NCBI RefSeq assembly: GCF_022045235.1
Contig: NW_027266265.1
Location: 29,450,001-29,514,000, forward strand
From: Haliotis cracherodii
Lineage: Eukaryota
Reading direction: 5' to 3'
Length of the DNA stretch: 64,000 nt
In this document: positions 11,901 through 24,272 of the stretch, piece by piece
Numbering within the stretch: the stretch's first letter is position 1
How the letters are laid out: each line of letters begins with the position of its first letter
Program-made: the position numbers and the translations under genes
The notes under the pieces: model-generated
The model's input: the letters and a program-made list of their open reading frames with translations, nothing else
Databases searched by the model: none
Told to the model about the DNA's origin: nothing

Positions 11901-14060
11901 AGTATCCAACCTGTTTTAATGACAATGAATACATACCTCATAGACCCATGAAGAGCCGGGGTAGAATAGGTCTTCAGCAACTCATGTCTTGTCGTAAAAG
12001 GCGACTATTCTTGTCGTAAAAGGCAACTAACGGGATCGGGTGGTCAGGCTCGCTGATTTGGTTGATGCATGTCATCGTATCCCAATTGCGTTTTTTCGAT
12101 GCTCATAATGTCAGTCACTTGATTGTCTGGCCCAGACTCAGTTATTTGGAGACCGCCGTCATATAGCTGGGATATATAGTGCGGCGGTAAACAACAAACT
12201 AACAACAAAAGAAAGAAAAACATTGCAATGTCTCTGTTTCAGACTAGTGTTGACTGATCCATCAAGTGGACGCCCCTTAGAGAGAGTCCAAGCTCTAAGT
12301 GGTGAGTTCACGTGGAGTTTGCTTATGCTTTGGAAATACTGTGCTTATGATATAGACGGAACTGTATAATGGACTCTTGATGCCTTATGATTCAAGGAAA
12401 TATGTCTGTCGTTTAATTTCCAACTGAATCTCAATTAACGTCTTTAAGTGGAATTTAGAAGTTGGTGTGATGAACAAGGGATATAGTTCTATGGATATAC
12501 AACTTTATTGTATAATTGCAGTCATTGTAACAAGGTAGTTCTTTATCAATAGAACTATTCCTTGAATATCTCAATTATCTCTTTAACGACATGTGTAGTA
12601 ATGTCAAATTAGCACAAGAGTCTATCCCAAACTCTACGAGCGTGAGATCGTACATAAACTTTCGTTCAAAGAAACATTAAGCACTAGACGATTGACCATG
12701 TGTTTATGGTGTTGTGAGCATTATCATGACGTGGATGTTGTAAATTGGATATATATTCCTGTATTAGTTTTCTGAAGAGACTGCAATGCACCCAACTGTT
12801 ATTATTCAACACAGACTTGCTAGAGTCGTTGTGCTGAAATCGTCTTTGTTTGGACCCAGGGCCAGGATTGATGAATGACCAGTAATTATAACTCAAGCGC
12901 ATTGCTACCTTAAATGAAGTATGATTTTCCTTTTAAGAATCTCAGCTTGAAAGTCTACGTCCTGGTGGGCCCTATGAAATAACACTAAATGAGCCGCTGT
13001 CCGCCGACACCTGTCCTGGAATAGCGTGCACGTACGAGAACAGAATGCTGAACCAACTAGACATCAACAGCTGTGTTGTAGCCGCGGGTGGATACAACAG
13101 CAATAGTGGTATGTTGTATCTTTACAAGGGCGGAGTGAGTGAGTGTGTTGGATTTAACGTCGCTTTAACATAATTACAGTTATATCACGGCGTTTCAGCT
13201 TTGAGGAAACCCCAAAGAGGATCATTTGGTATTGTGGTTATACCCATGAGTAAGGACATAGAGTAAGGATCGGCGTATCCTTACATGGTTGAGGGACAGT
13301 AATGTCGGCGCTTGGACCACCAAGCCACCATCGCTTGTTGCAGTGATGGATCAAGATTGATATATGTCTCTCCTAATTACCAAGGAATTGCTTTATGTTT
13401 CCTGTAGAAATTTGTTATTTGTGTTTGAATGTTTTCAGGCAATGGGCCAGCCTCTTTCTCCTACATGAATGTGTCAAATCTGCAGCCTACAGAAGATTGC
13501 GCTGCTTTCATCAGGTCGTCTGACCAGTCAGTTCTCTTCAACCCTGCTATCGTGTATAACTGTTTCTTCGGCGCTGGCTCATCCACCTGTGCAGTGAGTT
13601 GTGATTAATATTTTAACGTCAACCTGATGTTATTTGATCGTCTCTCTCACGAAAATAGCAGACAATAATATGACAAAACATTGCATGTTAGCCTTGTTGA
13701 TATAAAGAAGATATATAAGAATTAACAAATGCACGTGTGGGGCAAGTAAGGTTGCAATGTGTTACGATATTGATTTTAGAGCTTGAAACGACTCGCACAA
13801 TGATGTGTTGTGTTTTCACACACAATACAGTTCTTTACGTCTCTATGTGGAGTTTATCTAAATATCATTATCTTTATTGTCAGGGTGACTCAGGCGGTGG
13901 TGTTATGTGTCCGCTGTCTTCTGGAGAGATGGTGGTGATTGGACAAGTGGAGAACATTCCGTGTGAAAGCATTGGTGTCATTGGACTGTACGACATCGGG
14001 CAGTCTGGAGAATCCCTCCGGGTGCTGAGGACCCGAAGGAAGGATATAGTGCTTGGTTGA
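8929..14060 (+). CDS. SPH-1: secreted Cys/Tyr-rich module + Thr mucin stalk + non-catalytic trypsin-like domain (512 aa)
   Basis: join(8929-9172,10060-10599,10920-11112,12243-12301,12938-13108,13439-13593,13884-14060) = 1539 nt, open, all GT-AG, phases 1,1,2,1,1,0. Signal MKYLLLLAMCVYVVGA; RDLR|SCWLDSTGHCC; VR|IMNG; CSGIVTSSTTVSIPNNC (His57 to Asn); GIAC; STCA-GDSGGGVMC; ends RRKDIVLG*. Confidence 0.9.
9220..9425 (-). mobile_element. SINE-like family A
   Basis: Reverse-complement match with an internal deletion. Confidence 0.75.
11685..12205 (+). mobile_element. Two SINE-like family A copies (11685-11830 deleted; 11942-12205 near full)
   Basis: cccatgaagagccggggtagaataggtcttcagcaac.. through gcggcggtaaacaacaaac. 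Confidence 0.8.
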
Positions 14061-14385
14061 AGCCAGAAACTAACACATGGCACTAACTTGCCAGACCTTT
14101 CTTACATATTACTTTGGGTAAATCTTCTTGGTTCGGTGCATGTCCCCTTCCAAATAGTCCACAGATCTTCGTAGCTCGTTTTCGAACGAATATGTTGTTT
14201 GGGAGAGACTTGTTTTATGATTTATTGTTACATATTTTGATTGATTAAATGTTGTTTTCGTTATGTATGTTTATAACGTTTAAATATATATATGTGTTGT
14301 TTAATCAATAAAACATATAATGTCAAAAACTGAATTTGTGTCATTACTGGTCGCCGTCATATAGCTCGAATATTGATGAAATGTA

Positions 14386-14524
14386 NNNNNNNNNNNNNNN
14401 NNNNNNNNNNNNNNNNNNNNNNNNNNNNNNNNNNNNNNNNNNNNNNNNNNNNNNNNNNNNNNNNNNNNNNNNNNNNNNNNNNNNNNNNNNNNNNNNNNNN
14501 NNNNNNNNNNNNNNNNNNNNNNNN
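14386..14524. other. Assembly gap (N run)
   Basis: Run of n. Confidence 0.99.
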
Positions 14525-15432
14525 TATTGAGCAACAATGAAATAAAACTAGGCACGTAACAAACTGTGTATTGCCATAGGTATGATTTGCTCAATAAAAA
14601 GGATTGTCTTCATCTAGTCCCACTCATTGAGGTAAAATCATTCACGCGATGTTTCCTGTATACTTCGTGGTCAAAGGGGAGTAACTCGGTCTTCCTTGGC
14701 GCTCGTGAGACAAGGATTCACGCGTATCACATTTTGTATCATCTACCAAATTATGTCTCTAGAGTTACATAACCGCCTTCCATAGCTGCTCAGGTGTTAC
14801 ACCAACGCTTACTTATGTCATAATTACCACCACACCTGTTCAGTGGAACATCCTTAATCCGGACGCTTTAATCAATACACGCAACGTTACTGTGACAATG
14901 CCTGTGACTATGATTGTGGATTAACGGGTCTTCATTATATAGGTATTTTTCCAAATGCATTTCAAAACTTTTCGATAATGATAAGAAAACTCGGTTAAAG
15001 GTGAGTCCATTGTATGATTGCGACTGTATCATGAGCATGTGTTTATGAATCACTATCGAATAGTGATGATACCAGGTGTTCATGAAAAGGTGAGCATCTC
15101 CTGCCTCACCGGTGGAACTCCTCACAAACATATCAAATTACGGCACACGCGCATATGGTTTACGTTACTAGAATCAATACAACCATCAGATTGAATAACA
15201 TATAGAACAGGGTTAGAGTATTGAGCCACTGACTATTGTTTTCGCCACAGTCAACAATATTTCAGATATACATTTAACCAGTGACTGACAGCATGAACAT
15301 CTATCCATGGCGTCGTATCAGGACTACTTACAATCAGCGAGGTCACAAAGTGCAATCACCCGACCATGAGTCGATAACGGATAACCCGGTATCATATATG
15401 TATCTCTGTTCTATTATGAGACATACCTTGGA

Positions 15433-15869
15433 AGACCGCCTCCGTGGTCTAGAGGTAGAGTGCCGCCCGGAGAGAGGAAGGTCCGGGTTCGATCCCCGGT
15501 CGCGTCATACCAAAATACGTTAAAAGATGGTACTTGTTGTTACCCTGCCTGGCGCTCGACATTAAGGGGCTAAAACAAGGAGTGGTCGGCTATATACTGT
15601 CAGTAAACTGTGTCTGAGTGGGGTATTCAGTTTAAACTGCGGCATGGTATCTNNNNNNNNNNNNNNNNNNNNNNNNNNNNNNNNNNNNNNNNNNNNNNNN
15701 NNNNNNNNNNNNNNNNNNNNNNNNNNNNNNNNNNNNNNNNNNNNNNNNNNNNNNNNNNNNNNNNNNNNNNNNNNNNNNNNNNNNNNNNNNNNNNNNNNNN
15801 NNNNNNNNNNNNGTGCAATGATCGTGGACGTGACGTTAAATCCCATTTCACCTTACCTCACCTCACCTC
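15433..15869 (+). mobile_element. tRNA-derived SINE family C (spans an N gap)
   Basis: A/B boxes (tggtctagagg, ggttcgatcc), (CCTCA)n tail, 12-bp TSD ACATACCTTGGA at 15421 and 15870. Confidence 0.85.
15653..15812. other. Assembly gap (N run)
   Basis: Run of n. Confidence 0.99.
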
Positions 15870-18800
15870 ACATACCTTGGACCTATTCGCTGCCATAGCT
15901 TCCTTTTCAGTCAGATTCAAATCCGTGGCGAATCCAGCGTATTTTTGATAATAGAATGGAGGTAAATCCATGGATAATCGAGGATCAAAGCTTTCATGTA
16001 TGCGTATACATTTTAGAGATATATTCTACTAAAAAACAGAGATATTGTTATGGATCACCCGATTCTTTCATATTACTATACAAATTAATATGTCTTGACA
16101 TGACAAATGAACCATGGAAATATGAAAGAACCGGGTCATCCTTACTGTTTCAGACGAGTATATATCCTGGCATCTGATTGCGCAAAGCCATATCCTTGAG
16201 TACTATCAATATCAGTGTGCAGCTTGTGTCTGTATTTTATGGCGCTTCGGTGCAATTATAACTAACCTGAGTAAACCACTCCATTGTCGACAGCAACGTG
16301 GGATTGGTAATCCCAGTGAGCTAAGACGCAGTAATTATCTGTGCAGAGTTGCGTCCCTTTGTCATGCCAGGATCATTTACTCCTGAGTTTATGATAACGC
16401 CCTAGTTCTGCCATACTGTTCTCTTGGGTTTCACCAAGTGGTAAACGTCGATGTGCTGGGTTAGTTTAGGTCTCCCACATTGAGCTGATACGCCGTGTTA
16501 ATCCTGGAGTCCGTTCTACAAAGCGATCGCAGCTCAAAGGTGATCGTAGCTCCCATACGTTAACATAGACGTAGGTGATTTTAAAACAATCCAAGGATTT
16601 CTGCATAAAAAGTAATTGACTGATTTATGGCCCTATTAATGTATTTTATGTGACCATCACGCCGTCAGCGCATGGCGGTTCATGTCAATTTTCTCAAAAT
16701 AAATAAGGTTAATATCTAAATATATACGATTCAAACGAAGTTAAACAACATCCGATTTTGTTCATATGACTGTGGTTAATCAGTGATGGCTGACTGTCTT
16801 GCAAAACACAGTTTTATAATTGTGGGTGCTCTTTAAACTGTTTTGAGTAGACTAGTATATGGTGTTACAGCTAGAGATGTTACAGCGTGAATGTCATGAT
16901 ACTGTTGTCCGTAAATATCCCTTTTGACATTTGATTTATGATCAACCTGTATTTTGTCTCAAATCTGCATGCATATGTACTTGCATGTCGTTATTTGATA
17001 AACACCGCTGTGAGTGAGGGAGTGTGTTTTTACTCTCTTTTAGCAATATTCCAGCAATGTCACAAGAAATGGGCTTCTCAATGTGTGCCCATGTGGGGAA
17101 TTGGACCTGAGTCCTCGGCGTGATTAGCAAACGCCTTAATCTCTAAGTTATTGTCTCCGTCCCCATGGCTTGGGTAAAACAACACATATGGAAAGACTTG
17201 CTAATATTATCAGTGCGACCACACAGTTAACGTTGATAACATCATGAAGCGCATTGCTATGATAATCTATTACATATGCTAAATCAGCTGTCATTGTAAT
17301 ATGTTATGCACATTTTGCGTATAGTTTTGTCAAATGTATGTATACAGGTGTGTTGCCGGTGAGCCTGCAAACACATGCAAAGGCATGTCAATTGTTCACC
17401 TGAAAATTGGGAATTGCAATTGATCAACATTTTTGTCACAGATGCGTCCAAATTGGAAATGTCCTCCACTTGCCTACCATAAAACATTTAGAAAACCTAA
17501 CTGAGGCCGTGAACCTTCGTTGAAAGAGCATGCCCGATTGTACCATTAAAGTTGTGGAATGTCGACACCAAAAGCTGGAGCTGCTGGGATATTGCTCGAC
17601 ATGAAGGGAAAGTTGACCATTGGAAAGTTAAAGTCATCCCCCTTCTCATACAGTCTTGTGGAGAGTTGTTTGCCATTCTAATCGTTAGGCATAGATTTTG
17701 TTACGTGTCGATTCCCAAATTGAAAGTAACAGTATGTAAACCAAGATAACGATACGTAAAAGAACGTAGGGTGAAACCAACCAACAAACAACAAATGGTG
17801 TATTATTGACAATTGTATTGCAAAATAGAATGGGTTTACAAAACAGCACAAATTACAACACAACAATTACAATGGCAGTACACAATAGAGTGGTTGTCTG
17901 TTCAATGGCAGTATATAATATGATGGTAGTGGTCAGTATTAAATTTAAAAAAACAGTGTTGATAGCAAAATTATTTCACCCAGCGACGACAATGGTCAAG
18001 CTTCCGAGACGGCCTAGCCATGGAATCCGGCTTGATGAGTTATCTTCACACGAAAGTTGGTCTTGATGTAATTAAATATGTTAAGATACGAGAGGCACGC
18101 TCATTTCCCCTTATAAACCGTCTAACTAGCTACTGAAAAGTTCCACACTGTGCTATCACAACATAGAATATTCCGCATGTTTTTGTAACACTCTATCAAA
18201 AAAGTCCACGGTATCCCGGTGCAATGCAAGGAAGGAATATAAACATGGTGCTAGATAAAACTTACAATGGTTTCTATAATCTGTATGTAGTTATTTATTT
18301 GTTATCGTTCAATATACTATATCTTTTATAGTTACATGTATACGCCTCAAGGAGAAATGGAGTGGTTATTTTGGACAAAATGAAGATATGAATTGCGAAA
18401 AAACATTCAGCGGTTTGTAATAGGCACCGTTTAAACACACAATATTACTAACCGAAGGCATTAGTATGTAAAACACTTTTGCTTTGTAGAGTATATGCTA
18501 TTGTAAAACCACTAGTAAGATTCTTGCAGTTCCATTGGTTATTTCGTACCATGTGACGAAACAATACATTTCAATGTGACCCGCAAATCATGTGACTGAC
18601 ACTGACCTCGAATACTGACTCGTCACATGATCAGTATTGGCCGAGTAGAAAATATGATGGCGTCTGGTACTAACAGTTCACGGTATGCAGCTAAGTTACT
18701 TTATCATCCAAAACTGGCTCCCACAGGATATATCGCTTGGATGAGATCAAGCGATATCTACACTGTAGATATCGCTGCAATGAAATTACATCACAATGCT

Positions 18801-20358
18801 TTGCAGACCATTGTGATGTCACTGGTTACCATGACGTCACAATAAAATGACATCACTAATGGCTCTGCTACTGAAGCTGTTTGCAGTACTTTTTACACTG
18901 AAGACACTGCTAATTACTGTCTACAAATTGAAAAAGTTGAAAGAATGATGTTGGATGATAAATAAAATCTCACCCGAGTGTCTTTTGATATCAAATATAT
19001 CAACACTCGTTGATAAAAGTGGCAAAAATCCTGTACACTGTAGATATTGCTGCAATGAAATTACATCACAATGCTTTACTTTCACTTTGTGTGTGTTCAT
19101 TGGAGTATGAATCTTCATATAGGGTAAGGTCCAAACTATATGAACGTCGGAGTAAATATGTTTTACCCCAAAGGATGTAGCCCTAGATCTGTACACAATT
19201 ATATTTAGTACGTGTGACTTCATGTTAACACTGGCAGCTGTATCGCGGATTAAGTTCCTCAAAAAGAGAGGTGACATCAGAAATATCTGACACAAGACAT
19301 GTATTCAAAGAATATCACCATCAGATGAAAAAGGTCTGTTCAGAACTACCTCAGTAACTCGGTCACATTGACAGCACGTCGTAACAGATTTACATCAAGT
19401 ACGCGACTTCAAATTGGCCAACACGACAAACGTGATGGGGGAGATTTCGGCAGTTGTTAATGAACCTATGGCGGATACATGTTTCAGTCATCATTGATCA
19501 ATTGGCCGATCATTAAAAGGTGATTAAAAAGGATGTAATAGACACTAAGGTAAATTCATAGATTGTTGTAGGATGTCACTGTTCTGGAAAAGTATTTTAT
19601 ACGTGTTTCATACCATGAGGCAGTAGAATTTCCTATAAAAGTTTACAGGTATGGGTGCATACAAAATACATTTACGATATTTTAGCATAAAGATGAGCAT
19701 CAAATATTAAAAACTTACCCCCAAAGGATATGGTATGCATGCATGAGAGAAGACACTGGCGTTTTACCCAGAATGATATTTCCCGCCCAGATCTGGAAGA
19801 ACGTCAGTTTTACTGATCGACGACCAGAAAGATAGTACGTTTACATATAATCAGCCACACTACCCTGCGCAACAAACCACCATAACCTTGCCGATTTCAA
19901 CAACTAAATATAAGGCTATTTGTCTCATTCGCTCAGTTAGGGATAGGTTCCAGGAAGTGTTGCTCTTGCCCTGGGTGTACGTTACTGTCCTGGATAGCCA
20001 GACAACAATAGGAGACTCTTGCCCTGTAGGTGTGTGACTGTTGTAGGCGTTGGTGCACGGTTGTACGTGACTTACCTGTTGCAATCCTTTAGAACGAGAA
20101 ATACTTTAGGGGATACAACCAGGTGACGCTCTTGTTTGAAGCATTACTTTGTTTACATCTTACGTAACGATCAGGTTTACAAACACCACATGTATAAGAA
20201 AACCATTCTATCGAGTATCTTACCGAAGGCTGCATCCCATAGACGTTGTGGAAACCTTTGACTGTGGGTTCGAGTTTGGTTTGACCTGATTATATTCCCT
20301 CGGTCTCAACTTAAAGAGGTCGAGTGGGTTTCACATCAAGCTGACATGTCTTCTTATA

Positions 20359-20486
20359 CAGTAAACTCAAGTTATAACGAACACGCTTATAACGAACTGA
20401 CGGTTATAACAAACTTACTTTTTTGGTCCCTGTTATAACGAACTAACAGTAGTAGTCCCTGAGTTCGTTATGAACGTAGTTTTCTG
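20359..20486. mobile_element. Same MITE family
   Basis: TA-cagtaaact..gttataacgaac ... gttcgttatgaacgtagttttctg-TA. Confidence 0.75.
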
Positions 20487-20807
20487 TAACCGAAATATAT
20501 GGATTAAAACCAAACTCACTCACTTTTGTGTCAAATCAAAGATGAATGTGTCAGAACAGTAATGTAATCTGCCCAAAGGAGCAAATGCCACATTTTGACA
20601 AAATGAATATCTCAGAAAATAAACAGGTTGGACAAAGGGATTTTGGACCCAAACTTTAAAAAAGGTAAACCAGTCATTTGACCCTTTTTGTTTCGAACTT
20701 TGACGAAGGAATGTCAAGCATCAGGCCCGTTTGGTTTAATCTTACAGTAAGGCTTGTCGTTCACTTGACTTGGTTTAAATTTATATGTCATGTCAGTATA
20801 GTCTTGC

Positions 20808-21100
20808 GGCAAGACATGTAAATCACTGACCTGTTTGGTTGAAACTTACAAGACATGTAAATCACTGAGCTGTTTGGTTGAAACTTACAAGACATGTAAA
20901 TCACTGAGTGGTTTGGTTGAAACTTACAAGACATGTAAATCACTGAACTGTTTGGTTGAAACTTACAAGACATGTACATCACTGACCTGTTTGGTTGAAA
21001 CTTACAAGACATGTACATCACTGACCTGTTTGGTTGAAACTTACAAGACATGTAAATCACTGAGCTGTTTGGTTGAAACTTACAAGACATGTCAGTCACT
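20808..21100. repeat. 39-bp tandem repeat, about 7.5 copies
   Basis: Unit tgtttggttgaaacttacaagacatgtaaatcactgagc, contiguous with no spacers. Confidence 0.92.
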
Positions 21101-21270
21101 GGGCACCTTTGCTTTTGGCATGTAGTTTTATGTAGTGTTACACTGATTTTCATTTCCTCATTTAAAAAGTATGGTTTCGAATGTGACTCAAGTTCAAATA
21201 AGAGAATGAACTTAAAGTACATACCAATGTATTTTAAGAATAGCATGAATAAACTAACCTTTTCGTACTA

Positions 21271-21448
21271 CAGTAAACTACGGTTATAACGAACTCAGAG
21301 GGACTACTAATTTTAGTTCGTTATAACCGTAGTTCGTTATAAGCATATATATATAGCATAACTACAGCAAATAGTCGGGACCAAAAAAGTAAGTTCGTTT
21401 TAACCGTCAGTTCGTTATAAGCGTGTTCGTTATAACCGTAGTTAACTG
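21271..21448. mobile_element. Same MITE family
   Basis: TIRs cagtaaactacggttataacgaac / gttcgttataaccgtagttaactg. Confidence 0.8.
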
Positions 21449-22057
21449 AATACGCAAGAACTTCCTAAAACCTTAGGAAATCATTATTGACAAGACGCAC
21501 ATATAACATTGTTACCAATGAAAGGTGTTATGTGAGTATGGTGAGTTATATATAGTGTTTATAAGTGAGTGAGTGAGTGAGTTAAACTATAACGTCGCAT
21601 CGGCATAATTCCAGCCACATAGCGACTGCTGAACCCCATTTCCATGATCACAGGAAATATCTGCTAAAAGCTGAGTCCATTGTACCTTTCCAACTATACA
21701 AGCACACGTGTTAATGAATCACTTTCATACGATTATACCAGGTGTTTGCGAAATGGTGATCATATCTTGCCCCAGCGGTGGCATCCGAAACAAACACATG
21801 CAAGGACATGTCAATTGTTCACCTGAAAAGTTTAACATATGGTACAAGTCCAAATGGAGAATTACGTGACAATCCGATCCCGTAAGTCGCCTCTTGCGAT
21901 GCATATCACTGTATCCCAATTGCGTAGATCGATGCTCACGATGTCAATCACTGGATTGTCTGGTCAAGACTCGATTATTTACAGACTGCCGTCATGTAGC
22001 TGGAATATTGCAGAAGGCGGCGTTAAACAACCAACAAAAAAATATATTCACTCTGGA

Positions 22058-22407
22058 AACCGCCTCCGTGTTCTAGTGGTAGAGCGTCCGCCCGGAGAAC
22101 GGAAGGTCCGGGGTTCGATCCCCGGCCGCGTCATACCAAAAGACGTTAAAAGATGGAAATTGTTGTTAACCAGTGCGGCGCTCGGCATTAAGGGGCTAAA
22201 ACAAGGACTGGTCTGCTTGGAGTCAGTATACTGTGTCTGAATGGGGTGTTCATGTTAATCTGTGGCATGGTTTCTAATCGGACTCAAATCGGCATCAGTT
22301 CGGACTGGTACACGCAGCCACACAGACACACACACGTACATGAACGTCGCTATATATGTTCAATAAATCTTGGACGAGACGTTAAACCCCATTTTACCTC
22401 ACCTCAC
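22058..22407 (+). mobile_element. SINE family C
   Basis: Full-length match to the copy at 15433. Confidence 0.82.
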
Positions 22408-23204
22408 CGCCATGTTATGCATCAATTTGTTGCAACATATAATCTGAAAAATATCAAGAAAGGGTATAAGAGTATGGACATGCATATATACTTACGCCTC
22501 CTCTGTGTCAATTCTATCGCCATGGTGCAATTATTAACTCATTATTACCGGAAATGAATACAAGAAATTCGTCTCGAATTATGACTTGAAATACGCCAGA
22601 ATATTACATGTGTTCTGTTAGAGAAACACTTCAGCATCGCCGTGTTACTGTTTCTAAAATAACATTGTATTAATATGTCATTCTGACATCATGGCCATAT
22701 ATTGCTAAATGGCCTTTCATTCTCAGTACCATAAGACTGTGTCGCCAAATGTAAACCGCCATGTGAATCGGCACGCCAACGCCTGGGTCACGACGTGGGT
22801 CATTCAGACGTCACGTTGGTACATTGTGTTAAAAATCATCATCAAGACAAAGCTATACCTGGCGCCTCGGTCGCACTCTGTATAACAGTTTCGTTCAATG
22901 CTGACAAGACAATTACACTTAGATCAAGCGGAATTTTACATTCCAGGTGTAACCTTACTTTCATTCCATTAAACACGTGTTACTATTTTGTCTTGTTTCA
23001 GAGAAGACGTAATGTGTCAACGGAGTACCGCCATGCCCTACTGACACGGTTCTTCTCGAGTGGCCAGCAAGAGTATTTGTTACTTCTATTGAATAATAGC
23101 TTGATAGATAATAGAACTACACCGAATTTCACTGTGACGTTAGAGTTTACACAAGCAATACGCCCCTCACGTGATGTGTCTTCAGTTCTTGCTCATTTGA
23201 CGTG

Positions 23205-23282
23205 TATATAAGGGCTGAAGATTCTGTCCGGAACCATCAGTTGACGAAGAGTGTTTCATCTTGACACTCAGTTCACATTTTG
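23205..23282 (+). promoter_or_regulatory. TATA box, Inr-like TCAGTT and non-coding first exon of SPH-2
   Basis: TATATAA at 23205-23211, TCAGTT at 23237, donor tg|gtaagt at 23283. Conserved at 32911-32994 upstream of SPH-3. Confidence 0.6.
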
Positions 23283-24272
23283 GTAAGTATACTGTTTCGT
23301 TACAAATGTTATATTTGGGATAACACTTTCTTAGTAAAGTACAGATTCTCGTACTTTTGTGGGATTGAGTCCTGTCCGGCATTCGAACCTACACTTACTG
23401 TTTCGTCTCTTGACATTTGGCAACTGTTTCCAGCTTTAATAAGCTAAAGAAAGTCTGTAATCAAAAACTAAAATTGAGCATCATATATTAAAATATATGG
23501 ATAATAAGATCCTTCTTTGCAAACCGATTATGATTGAATAAGGAACATACTGAAGTTCGTTTTGTTGTATACCAGTACCAATACTGCAGCGACACAACGT
23601 TAGTATGTTAATAATTTCCTCTAGACCAGACATAACACTTGTTGACAACAAGAGTAGCGATCTCTGCCTTGGGGTCGCTGTGACAGTCTCACATTTTCTT
23701 ACTTTTTGGACAATTGTACATCTATGATAAAGATATGTCATATTCGCTTGAGAATATATTATTCCAAACTGACCAAGCAAACGTTTTTACTTAAGATTAA
23801 GATTAAGTTTTAATTCTTTAAAAAATCGTATGGGTTTATCGGCAGCCCCGATGACTACCGTACCATCATAATAAAAACACAAAAGAAAGTCTTATGAACA
23901 AGGTTCAAGGGTATAGTGTAGCCATCCGATACTCATTTCAGTCGGCACTTTTGATTGATCTCGTCTTTCCCGGGTGAACCAAACTGTACATTGCTGAGAT
24001 GATTAACTAAAATAGCAATTGAGTTCCATCAAATATTTCACGAAATAACCGATTTCAAAGCTTTCATGTAACATATATCTTAAACTATTAATGTTGGTAA
24101 TGGTAATTTTGTTACAGTAACTATATCGTTCATCACGCCTTAGACCCGGTTCGATTGCTAGAATATTCCTCAAAGCCTCTTCCTTTTATAATCCTCATTA
24201 AATTATCGTTTCATATACAATAGGCACATCTTCGAATTTCCATTTTCGAGTACACATACCGACGCATCAAGC

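Noticed and set aside
13884-14060. Active trypsin/chymotrypsin call from GDSGG (SPH-1) or GDSGA (SPH-3)
   Set aside because: His57 is Asn and no Asp102 motif exists in the same genes, so the triad is incomplete.
20808-21100. CRISPR-like array of 39-bp repeats
   Set aside because: Units are contiguous with no unique spacers, there are no cas genes and the context is eukaryotic; the ORFs over it are repeat artefacts.
14525-22400. Hidden additional paralog between SPH-1 and SPH-2
   Set aside because: No family motifs or consistent exon chain found by eye; the region is repeats and short spurious ORFs, and the N gaps as sized are too small.
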